Below are positions 57,101 through 64,000 of a stretch of DNA of 64,000 nucleotides, one piece after another (the stretch's first letter is position 1; each line of letters begins with the position of its first letter). This DNA is from Fimbriimonadales bacterium (GTDB lineage: Bacteria > Armatimonadota > Fimbriimonadia > Fimbriimonadales > JABRVX01): assembly GCA_045862955.1 (NCBI GenBank), contig BTVI01000014.1, forward strand, positions 12,992-76,991, read 5' to 3'. Position numbers and translations under genes: made by a program. Below the pieces are notes generated by a model. That model saw only the letters and a program-made list of their open reading frames with translations. It was not told where the DNA came from and made no database searches.

Positions 57101-57331
57101 GTGCTCGAAAGACAGATCGAGTGCCAACGGATCGAGCAGCATCGAGGGGTGCACGTAACAGAAGTGGCCACGGATCCCGACATCGGGAGCCAGGCGCTCG
57201 GTAAAGAGCCGGCGACCCGTAGGGCCCAGCGTGCCATACCGATCACCATCCCGCTCCAGGATGGCATCGATGTTCATCGCCTGCGGTGCGGTCAGCGCCT
57301 GCAGTACGCAGGCCAGCCATGTCGTTGTCAT
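54179..57331 (-). CDS. MGH1/GH63-like (alpha/alpha)6 glycoside hydrolase with N-terminal CBM6/35-like domain
   Basis: YRWFV, TGMEW, EIVGFYPF, WNGPTWPHANS, EYYHGETG, DYFHSTYNDLII. ATG overlaps the permease stop. Confidence 0.8.
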   Translation of the reverse strand: MTTTWLACVLQALTAPQAMNIDAILERDGDRYGTLGPTGRRLFTERLAPDVGIRGHFCYVHPSMLLDPLALDLSFEHHDLSPSNRHATWRPSHVEVRWESLGVSVRERKMITDDDVFLDVVEVTNTSSEPKSLDVRLRSGIAGQAARLGAVYRPVSIRSVANADPYPKGELFTGETSNFRLWREAEAYSAIRGFGGEDRKASASGGLVLGMGFGGSADHWVEYRLATPALERPSILVRVARHESPGDGKAALWQVLLDGKEVGTITPPQTGGWGEQDEHYYWVRVTLPAMSAGVHAIRFHSTRAGNNTNFDGFYLTEGLHDPPDTPHTAYRREQSEQVQYVPGKIRVGPVEYDTLAPWNTAGRAIIVLRGEKGPRRPDRVEIPVTQAQGAIAVHLLGGIGGFVRSDQAGAAGNADMTVVLRYGDGTTTSFPVFLTGPEATWWASLRNLSFPVATDKLLKAIVLQDGGTPVAPVVVAVALQVSTPQGSKDRLVGSHQFHDVPAEVVCGGSGFVMGSADTLRRLVRLRSGETQRIVIGCAVAETQDVAERRLGAWLNTADPVTKHVAQYQKWFDDNCPAFDCSDPYMTKLWAYRWFVARHCLSRANTGRLRYDCFFEGMHGGWYPTQIAYSSPHIIDEVRWLRDARYAFGQARNHTQNADSNGVFQSVRTNWLGGWYTNWLPFSLWGAYQVHPDRKFLEEAVGAMAADVRGHFVEFDSDKDNLCSPPSHWPTGMEWQPAFFYFNDYDNSKPEAKLERADLVAYHYGNARATAAAYRTLQKPEEARNMDRIAQDIREAALAKLWNSADAWFYAIREQDDAEAKCQEIVGFYPFVFGLAPPLPEFSRAYRFLADPEYFWNPFPLATVSKKCPAYTPAQENWPARGGIHTGCMWNGPTWPHANSLIANAIANGIREYPSLEWLEPDVYRRFLERFTLLHFEGGDPNRPMIQEYYHGETGAGWGCYDYFHSTYNDLIIRHVVGLIPSEEDTLTIEPLPCGLKHFRLDRLRYHGRDLSIVFDPDGRYAGSRKGFSVYVDGKLAATRPDLGKLEVRLQ

Positions 57332-58329
57332 GTCTTGTCCTCCTGGCTCACCGCTCGTCGGGTTCTCCTTGCTGCCGCGTACCTCTTTACCATCTCGTCC
57401 GCAACCACTCCGACGAGGATCACGGCGCCGATCACTGCGAACTCCAGCTGTGTCGCAATCCCTAACACGTTGATGGCGTTGTACAAGACGCGAAGAATCG
57501 CCGCTCCGATCACCACACCCAGAATCGTGCCCTCGCCGCCCCGAAGACTGCATCCGCCGAGCACCGCCGCGGCGATTGCATAAAGCTCATAGAAGTTGCC
57601 ATGCCCAGCAGGTTGGACTGCATTCACGTCTAGCGCGAAGAGCACACCTGCAAAGCCCGCGAGCAAAGCGGACACCACATATGCCAGCAGAATGAGCCGC
57701 CCCGTGTTGATGCCGCTGAACCGAGCTGCCTGCTCATTCCGACCGAGAGCTTGCAGGTGCCGCCCGTACACAGAGCGATGCAGGAAAACTCCCGCGATGA
57801 TGGCAATCGCTAACAGCAGAAGAAAAGGCATCGGAATGGCAATCACTTCCCCCGCCGGTCCGGGAAACGAGATCGGGGTCCCCTTCACCAGGTACTTGAG
57901 TTCCGTGTGGCCGACACCGAAGCCTTGCGTCGCGTCCTTCGTCAAGTAACGCGCTACGCCGCGATAGATGAGTAGGCCGCACAGAGTGACGATGAACGGC
58001 TGAAGCCGCATCTTCGTTACCAATAGACCGTGTGCTACCCCGATCAGCACGGAAAGCGCTAGGACCACCAGCAGACCAACACTTACTGACACGCCCGATG
58101 CCAACATCATCGCGAGCAGCGAACCGACGAGGCCGACGATCGAGCCGACGGAAAGGTCTATGCCGCCGGTGATGATCACCATGGCTTCGCCGATGCTGAG
58201 GATGCCGAATAGACCGGTCCATCGCGCGATGTTGCCGATGTTGTATGCGCTCAAGAAGCGTGGGTCTAGGATGGAAGTCAGGACGATCACCGCGATGAGA
58301 AGCGCGAGAATGCCTCGGGTCTTCTTCAT
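57328..58329 (-). CDS. Monosaccharide ABC transporter permease (RbsC-like)
   Basis: VIITGGIDLSVGS, PFIVTL, GRNEQAARFSGI, YELYAIAAAVLGGCSLRGGEG. Confidence 0.95.
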   Translation of the reverse strand: MKKTRGILALLIAVIVLTSILDPRFLSAYNIGNIARWTGLFGILSIGEAMVIITGGIDLSVGSIVGLVGSLLAMMLASGVSVSVGLLVVLALSVLIGVAHGLLVTKMRLQPFIVTLCGLLIYRGVARYLTKDATQGFGVGHTELKYLVKGTPISFPGPAGEVIAIPMPFLLLLAIAIIAGVFLHRSVYGRHLQALGRNEQAARFSGINTGRLILLAYVVSALLAGFAGVLFALDVNAVQPAGHGNFYELYAIAAAVLGGCSLRGGEGTILGVVIGAAILRVLYNAINVLGIATQLEFAVIGAVILVGVVADEMVKRYAAARRTRRAVSQEDKT

Positions 58330-59831
58330 GCCGCTCGGCCCCCAGTTGCCAGCGACATGATCGCCTCCTCCGTGACTGCCGCGCCCTGCAACTCTCCCGC
58401 GATCCTCCCTTCGTGCATAACCACTACTCGATCACACACACCTATCAGCTCCTGCATCTCGCTCGAGATCATCAGGGTCGCCACGCCAGAAGCAGACAGT
58501 CGTTCTATGAGTCGATAGATCTCCTCCTTGGCTCCCACGTCCACCCCGCGCGTGGGCTCATCGAGCACCAACGCCTTAGGCTGCAGTACCAGCCATTTAG
58601 CCAGCACCACCTTCTGCTGATTGCCTCCCGACAGGTACTGGGCTTCTTGTTCTATGCTGGGGGTGCGGATGCCTAGCTCGCGTACCATACGCTTAGCGAA
58701 CTCGATCTCTATCGCTGTTCGAATCAGCCCCGCTCGTTGCCACCTCCGGAGACCTGCGAGGGTCACGTTTTCCCTGACCGCCATTTCTAGGATCAGCCCT
58801 TGCGACTTGCGATCCTCCGGCACCAACGCCAGTCCGGCCCGGATCGCCTGGAAGGGGGAGTGGCCCCTCAAAACACTATCACCCACGCGTACGATTCCGG
58901 CACTGACGGGGTCTATGCCGAATATGGCTCGAGCCAGTTCCGTCCTACCCGCTCCGACGAGACCTGCTACTCCGACTACCTCACCTGCGCACACGCTCAG
59001 CGAGAGTGGTGGTCCCGGCATACTCTGAAGTCGAAGGCCCGCTACCTGCAGCACAGGCCGGCTCGTGCGATGAGAGGTACGACCATAGAACTGCGATATG
59101 TCGCGCCCTACCATCAGGCGTACCATCTTCTCGTGGGTGATGTCAGTGCCTGTCAGCTCACCCGCGTTGCTGCCATCGCGGAGCACTACCACGCGATCGG
59201 CAATCCGCGTGACTTCTCGCAACCGGTGCGAGATGTAAATAATACTAACACCCTGAGTGCGCAGATCGGCGATCACCGCGAACAACCGCTCGGCCTCCGT
59301 CTCAGTCAAACTGCTAGTCGGCTCGTCCATAATCAGGATGCGCGCATTGGCCGAGAGCGCCTTTGCGATCTCCACCATTTGTTGCTTACCTATGGGCAAA
59401 TCGGAAACGGTGGCCTCGGGTGAGCAATCGAGACCGAGCCGTTCGAGCAAAGCGCGAGTCTGCATCGCCATCCGGTTCCGGTCCGCGATGCCGAGCCGGT
59501 GCATCTCGCGTCCTAGGAACACGTTGCCCGCAACGTCCAAGTTGTCAGCGAGGTTCAGCTCCTGGTGGATCAACGCAATGCCGAGCGCCGTCGCCTCATT
59601 CACACTCGCGATAGCCACCGGCTTTCCGTCTAGCAGGATGAGCCCCGAGTCCGCCTGCTGCTCTCCCGCCAGGATCTTCATCAGGGTGCTTTTGCCTGCG
59701 CCGTTCTCGCCTACCACGGCGAGCACCTCTCCGCGGCCCAATGTCAGGGATACCTCGCACAAGGCCACCACGCCGGGAAACCGTTTGGTGACCTCGCGGA
59801 CCTCGAGCAGCGGAGCAGACTGCGGGTTCAC
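58326..59831 (-). CDS. Monosaccharide ABC transporter ATP-binding protein (RbsA-like, two NBDs)
   Basis: GENGAGKSTL, MDEPTSSL, GLVGAGRTE, VPEDRK, LSGGNQQKV, DEPTRGVDVGAK. Confidence 0.96.
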   Translation of the reverse strand: MNPQSAPLLEVREVTKRFPGVVALCEVSLTLGRGEVLAVVGENGAGKSTLMKILAGEQQADSGLILLDGKPVAIASVNEATALGIALIHQELNLADNLDVAGNVFLGREMHRLGIADRNRMAMQTRALLERLGLDCSPEATVSDLPIGKQQMVEIAKALSANARILIMDEPTSSLTETEAERLFAVIADLRTQGVSIIYISHRLREVTRIADRVVVLRDGSNAGELTGTDITHEKMVRLMVGRDISQFYGRTSHRTSRPVLQVAGLRLQSMPGPPLSLSVCAGEVVGVAGLVGAGRTELARAIFGIDPVSAGIVRVGDSVLRGHSPFQAIRAGLALVPEDRKSQGLILEMAVRENVTLAGLRRWQRAGLIRTAIEIEFAKRMVRELGIRTPSIEQEAQYLSGGNQQKVVLAKWLVLQPKALVLDEPTRGVDVGAKEEIYRLIERLSASGVATLMISSEMQELIGVCDRVVVMHEGRIAGELQGAAVTEEAIMSLATGGRAA

Positions 59832-59842
59832 GGAAGCAGCAG

Positions 59843-60916
59843 CTAACCTCCGAGCGCCTTCACGTCTTCGGGAATCGGGGCGCCCTTCAGCTCGTCTATG
59901 ATGCCCTGCCTCCGCTCCTTGGCATTCTGCGCGTCAATCCTGCCGACAAAAAGCATGATCTTGCCGCCGTTGGGAAGTACCTCTCTGATGAGCTTTCCAG
60001 CCTCGCGCCCCGCCAGGTAATTGTGGGTCCCGATGTAGCACAGGCGATTGCTCTTCGGTGCATCGCTGTCGTGGCAGATAACGTTCATCACTTCACACGC
60101 CCTGTTGATCATCTCGACCTGATTCTCCGGGTCGTTCGGGCTGATGGCCATGCCACTGATCCGCTTGGCGATCAGTGCTTCCACCATCCTCTGCTGATCT
60201 GCGACACCCTCCGTAGGCGTGAGGAACTCTACGCTGATGCCCAGCTCTGCCTCCGCCTTGCGTACGCCGGCATGAGCGATCTTCCAGAAGTCCGAGGGGT
60301 TGTTGGTGACGAAGGCGAGCTTGATCTTCCCGTCGCCCACCGGGGCGGGTCTGTCCGCCTCCGCGCGCAGCTTTTTCAGATTGTCCCAAAATGCCCGAGC
60401 GTTCTCCTTTCGGATTACCTGGACCGGCACGATGATGTTCTTGCTCGGCGGGATAACCGACTTGTCACCCTGCGCTAGCGCCGCCAGCACCTTGACGGAC
60501 TGGTAGCCGAACTCGAACGGCTGCTGCACTACCGTCGCATGGATGTGCCCGTCCAGAACGCCCTGCAGCGTGTCGTCCTCTTCGTCGAAGCACACGATGG
60601 GCACCTTGCCTTCGAGCCCGGCATCCTTCACGGCAGAGAGAATCGCAGGCCCGTTGTAGCTCCAAAGGCCGACCAAGCAGCCAATGTCCTTGTGGCTGGC
60701 CAGCGTGTCCTCGACGTTCTGCTTAGCCCTCGCCCGGTCGGTGAGGTCGGTGCGCGTGCCAAGGATGGTGATGTTCCCGGCCTGTACCACCTGTGTCGCG
60801 TCGTCCTGGTTGCTACCCGACTGCTGCTGCGTGCCCGAATCGCCTGCTGGCTTTGCACACCCAGCAACTATGGCGATCGTGAGCCCCAGCAGCCCGAACC
60901 ACGAAATCCTTCTCAT
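59843..60916 (-). CDS. Sugar ABC substrate-binding lipoprotein (RbsB/Peripla_BP_4 family), circularly permuted
   Basis: Lipobox VAGC. The usual C-half (GLWSYNGP, IVCFDE, TVVQQPFEFGY) precedes the usual N-half (KLAFVTNNPSDFW, AISP, DSDA, YIGTHNYLAG, NAKERRQG). Confidence 0.9.
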   Translation of the reverse strand: MRRISWFGLLGLTIAIVAGCAKPAGDSGTQQQSGSNQDDATQVVQAGNITILGTRTDLTDRARAKQNVEDTLASHKDIGCLVGLWSYNGPAILSAVKDAGLEGKVPIVCFDEEDDTLQGVLDGHIHATVVQQPFEFGYQSVKVLAALAQGDKSVIPPSKNIIVPVQVIRKENARAFWDNLKKLRAEADRPAPVGDGKIKLAFVTNNPSDFWKIAHAGVRKAEAELGISVEFLTPTEGVADQQRMVEALIAKRISGMAISPNDPENQVEMINRACEVMNVICHDSDAPKSNRLCYIGTHNYLAGREAGKLIREVLPNGGKIMLFVGRIDAQNAKERRQGIIDELKGAPIPEDVKALGG

Positions 60917-61039
60917 CCGTACACACTCCTTCGCCGGCGCGGACGTCGTTGCGCCGGCACTCGATTCGCCGGCGCACTCGGCAGGTCCTTGCGCGGTCAA
61001 GGCAAACCGGGCTGGCACTTAGGGGCTACAATCGCTTCC

Positions 61040-62596
61040 ATGAGAGGCATCATTAGGCTCCGCGTGTTCCCCGTGCTGTTTCTGCTGCTCGCTCTCGCGC
61101 TCGATGGCTTGGCGCAGGCCACCGCCACCGGCTACGTTTTTCACGACCGCAACGCCAACGGCAGGCGCGACCCAGGCGAGGAGGGCTTACCGGGCGTCGT
61201 CGTCTCGAACCAGCGCGACGTGGTGAAGACGGACAGGAGCGGAGCCTGGAAGCTCCCGGTAGATGACGACACGACCTTCTTCGTCGTCAAGCCGAGCGGC
61301 TGGGCGACCCCTGTGGACGAGAACGGAGTGCCGCGCTTCTACTACACGCACAAGCCGAACGGCTCTCCGAAGTCTCGCTATGCAGGAGTAACACCTACGG
61401 GGCCTCTCCCGCGCTCGATCGACTTCCCCTTGCGTCCGCATAAGGAGGGCGACAGGTTTAAGATCATCCTGTTCGCCGATACGCAGCCGCTTACCGAGAC
61501 CGAGGTCGGCTACGTCGCTAACGACGTCGTGGCAGAACTCATCGGCACGGACGCAGCGTTCGGACTGACACTCGGAGACATCGTCTTCGATAGGCTCAAT
61601 CTCCTCCCGCTCCTCGTGCAGGCTGTCGGCCGCATCGGCATCCCGTGGCATTACGTCATCGGTAATCACGACACGAACCAAGACGCTACCGAGGACAGAT
61701 ACTCGGACGAGACGTTCGAGCGGCTATTCGGCCCTAACTATTACTCCTTCGACTACGGCCGGGTCCACTTCGTGGTGCTAGACGACATCGCCTGGGTCGG
61801 CTCGGACAAGGGTTATTACAAAGCCGGGCTCGGGACGGCTCAGATTGCCTGGATCGAGCGCGACCTAGCCCTCGTGCCCAAGGATCGCAGCGTCGTTCTG
61901 CTGATGCACATTCCGATCACCTCGTTGCCAGAAGCCGAGCGCATTCAACTCTTCCACGTGCTCCAGGAGAGGCCCAAATCGTGGTCCTTCTCCGGTCATG
62001 AACACTATGCGGAGCACCGGTTCGTCGAAGAGAGCCTCGGATGGAGAGGGAAGGAGCCCCATCATCACGTCGTGTGCGCCACCGTGTCGGGATCGTGGTG
62101 GAGCGGCGTTCCGGACATCACGGGCATCCCGCATACGACGATGCGAGACGGCGCACCGAACGGCTACTCCATCTTACACGTCGAAAGGGACCGCGTCGAG
62201 CTAGAGTTCAAGGCGGCAGGGCGGCCCGCCGGTTACCAGATGCACATTCACCTTCCGGAGAGCGTGGCGGCCGCGGACGCTCCCAACACCAACGTGTACG
62301 TGAACGTGTTCAACGGCTCCGAGCGCTGCCTCGTGGAGATGCGATGCGGCGGTGGGGACTGGGTCGAGCTGCAAAAGGTGCAGTTAGAGGATCCAGCCTA
62401 CGTCGCCGCGGTAGAGGCCGAAGGGGCCATTCAGGGCCTGACGTTCAAAAAGCTTCCTCGTCCGATGAAGTCTCCGCACCTGTGGGTGGGCAAACTGCCT
62501 GCGGGCCTGAAAAGGGGGATGAACTTCGTGGACGTGCGGGTCACGAACGTGTATGGGCGGCGATATGAAGCCACCCGTGCAATCCGTCTCGACTAG
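61040..62596 (+). CDS. Secreted calcineurin-like metallophosphoesterase with N- and C-terminal accessory domains
   Basis: GYVFHDRNANGRRDPGEEGLPGV, FADTQ, LGDI, GNHD, MHIP, SGHEH, DGAPNGY. Confidence 0.92.
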   Translation: MRGIIRLRVFPVLFLLLALALDGLAQATATGYVFHDRNANGRRDPGEEGLPGVVVSNQRDVVKTDRSGAWKLPVDDDTTFFVVKPSGWATPVDENGVPRFYYTHKPNGSPKSRYAGVTPTGPLPRSIDFPLRPHKEGDRFKIILFADTQPLTETEVGYVANDVVAELIGTDAAFGLTLGDIVFDRLNLLPLLVQAVGRIGIPWHYVIGNHDTNQDATEDRYSDETFERLFGPNYYSFDYGRVHFVVLDDIAWVGSDKGYYKAGLGTAQIAWIERDLALVPKDRSVVLLMHIPITSLPEAERIQLFHVLQERPKSWSFSGHEHYAEHRFVEESLGWRGKEPHHHVVCATVSGSWWSGVPDITGIPHTTMRDGAPNGYSILHVERDRVELEFKAAGRPAGYQMHIHLPESVAAADAPNTNVYVNVFNGSERCLVEMRCGGGDWVELQKVQLEDPAYVAAVEAEGAIQGLTFKKLPRPMKSPHLWVGKLPAGLKRGMNFVDVRVTNVYGRRYEATRAIRLD

Positions 62597-62633
62597 AGGG
62601 CTCTTCGGGAGAATCCGGGGCGCTAGCAAGCGT

Positions 62634-62677
62634 ATTTGCTTGACAGGAAGCGAGCAAATCGCTACAATCCTTGTAGC
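62634..62677 (+). promoter_or_regulatory. Near-consensus sigma70 promoter overlapped by two palindromes
   Basis: TTGACA (62640-62645), N17, TACAAT (62663-62668). ATTTGCT..AGCAAAT spans the -35; GCTACAA-tcc-TTGTAGC spans the -10. Confidence 0.75.
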
Positions 62678-62900
62678 ATTACCGGGGCGACGTCGCTCGC
62701 CTCGGGCGACTGGGTACGGCCTAACTTTCCGACCCGCTCGACGAGCGGGTACCGACCTACGAGCTTAGCACGACTAACTGTTCGAGCGCAGTTTCGACTG
62801 TGTTGCGTAAGCCGGATTGCATCATGGCTCGGCAGAAGCGACCTGCGAACTGATAATCGAATCGTAGCTCATCCAGCGCAGGGGATGGCTCCGGGCTTGT
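62675..62900 (+). ncRNA. Candidate structured RNA or long 5' leader, family not recognised
   Basis: Nested complementary segments found by eye (see finding); lies between the promoter and the SD of the next gene. Confidence 0.5.
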
Positions 62901-62918
62901 CAACTAGGTGTGGAGGAG

Positions 62919-63341
62919 ATGATGGCCTACGAAAGATGGCTGCAAGAGCAGTTGGCGCACATAGACCCGCAAGGGGACCGCGCCCTCTACTACAGTAGCA
63001 GCCGAGGTTATTTCGTTGCACCGATTCCCAAGAACGGAAAAGGAGCGGTCTTTGGAGATCAAGCGGTGATGGTCCTCAAACTCGATCGCAACGCGAGGCT
63101 CGCGATGCTGATGGACGAGGTCGCGAGCTATGCCGCGCGAGGCCGCGACTGGCTCGGCAAGGAGGAGTGCGAGCCGGATCGCTGGGCCAGCCAGTACTCG
63201 CATTTTCAGGCTCGTATCGCGCGTGCCATCGGACGCGCGATGGAGAACCATCGGCGGCAGACCGAGATGCCGAAGGAGGCGATTGCCTCCGTGGTTGCCC
63301 AGCCCAAACCCGCATCGGCAGCCTCGAAGAGCGCGGCCTGA
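62919..63341 (+). CDS. Hypothetical protein, about 140 aa
   Basis: GGAGGAG SD directly before ATGATG, plausible composition, hairpin downstream; no family recognised. Confidence 0.8.
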   Translation: MMAYERWLQEQLAHIDPQGDRALYYSSSRGYFVAPIPKNGKGAVFGDQAVMVLKLDRNARLAMLMDEVASYAARGRDWLGKEECEPDRWASQYSHFQARIARAIGRAMENHRRQTEMPKEAIASVVAQPKPASAASKSAA

Positions 63342-63362
63342 GAAGAACTGTCTTAAGGTTTT

Positions 63363-63383
63363 GGGGCGGCTCCTTGCCGCCCC
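63363..63383 (+). terminator. Terminator-like hairpin
   Basis: GGGGCGGC-tcctt-GCCGCCCC followed by TCGTTGTT. Confidence 0.6.
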
Positions 63384-63415
63384 TCGTTGTTGGTTACGAC
63401 ACCCTCCGCCTACGA

Positions 63416-64000
63416 GTTCCCCTGGAGGCTCTGCGGCGGGGGAGACCTCGAGCAACGGTTCCCCCTGCAGGCTCTGCGGCGGGGGAGACCTCGAGGAACG
63501 GTTCCCCCTGCAGGCTCTGCGGCGGGGGAGACCTCGAGGAACGGTTCCCCCTGGAGCCCCTGCGGAAGGGGGAGACCTCGAGCAACGGTTCCCCCTGCAG
63601 GCTCTGCGGAAGGGGGAGACCTCGAGGAACGGTTCCCCCTGCAGGCTCTGCGGAAGGGGGAACCTTAAGGAGGGGGTCCCTTCCCAACGCCCCGCCCCCC
63701 GGCCTGCCGGCCCAGATTGCCACGCGATGAACGCAACGAGAGCCGCAGAGATCGCAGAGAGCGGGAGGCGGCTCGAGGAACGGTTCCCCCTGGAGGCTCT
63801 GCGGAAGGGGGAACCTTAAGGAGGGGGTCTTCCCCCATGCCCCGCCCCCCGCCTGCCGGCCCGGATTGCCACGCGATGAACGCAACGAGAGCCGCAGAGA
63901 TCGCAGAGAGCGGGAGGCGGCTCGAGGAACGGTTCCCCCTGGAGCCTCTGCGGAAGGGGGAACCTTAAGGAGGGGGTCTTCCCCCATGCCCCGCCCCCCG
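63416..64000. repeat. Tandem palindromic repeat array: 42-44 bp spacings then ~150 bp spacings; runs off the window
   Basis: GTTCCCC anchors at 63416, 63458, 63501, 63544, 63588, 63632, 63783 and 63932; hairpin GTTCCCCCT..AGGGGGAAC. Confidence 0.93.

Noticed and set aside
62675..62900. Group I intron, hammerhead ribozyme, tmRNA, RNase P or SRP identity
   Set aside because: Diagnostic conserved cores (P7 partner strand, CUGANGA/GAAA, tRNA-like ends, GAGGAAAGUCC, SRP loop) were not found.
63416..64000. CRISPR array
   Set aside because: Units are contiguous near-identical repeats with no unique spacers, and there are no cas genes in the window.

Overview
GC-rich bacterial chromosomal window. 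Armatimonadota/Fimbriimonadia-like is my inference, from the PEP-CTERM proteins, paired dockerin-like C-termini, fused SecDF and the palindromic repeat families. It holds about 43 CDSs and one tRNA-Pro(UGG). Housekeeping genes: prs, secDF, RNase G/E, family-5 UDG, msrB, isocitrate dehydrogenase, acyl-CoA dehydrogenase, livK/H/M/G. There are many secreted hydrolases and beta-propellers, three tandem PEP-CTERM paralogs, and a sugar ABC importer followed by two large glycoside hydrolases. No CRISPR array, cas gene, transposase or integrase was recognised. Main oddities: (1) a circularly permuted RbsB-type sugar-binding lipoprotein; (2) a ~215-nt nested-stem RNA candidate behind a near-consensus, palindrome-covered sigma70 promoter, ahead of an unknown protein and a repeat array; (3) two neighbouring genes that seem to need non-canonical start codons (AUA, ACG); (4) a fully degenerate pseudokinase next to a Walker-A-deviant FlhG/MinD protein; (5) a 14-bp motif at the identical position in two PEP-CTERM promoters, with the cassette bracketed by direct repeats; (6) a nested repeat family with constant outer arms and different inner cargo. 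All calls come from reading motifs by eye; no database search or RNA folding was run.
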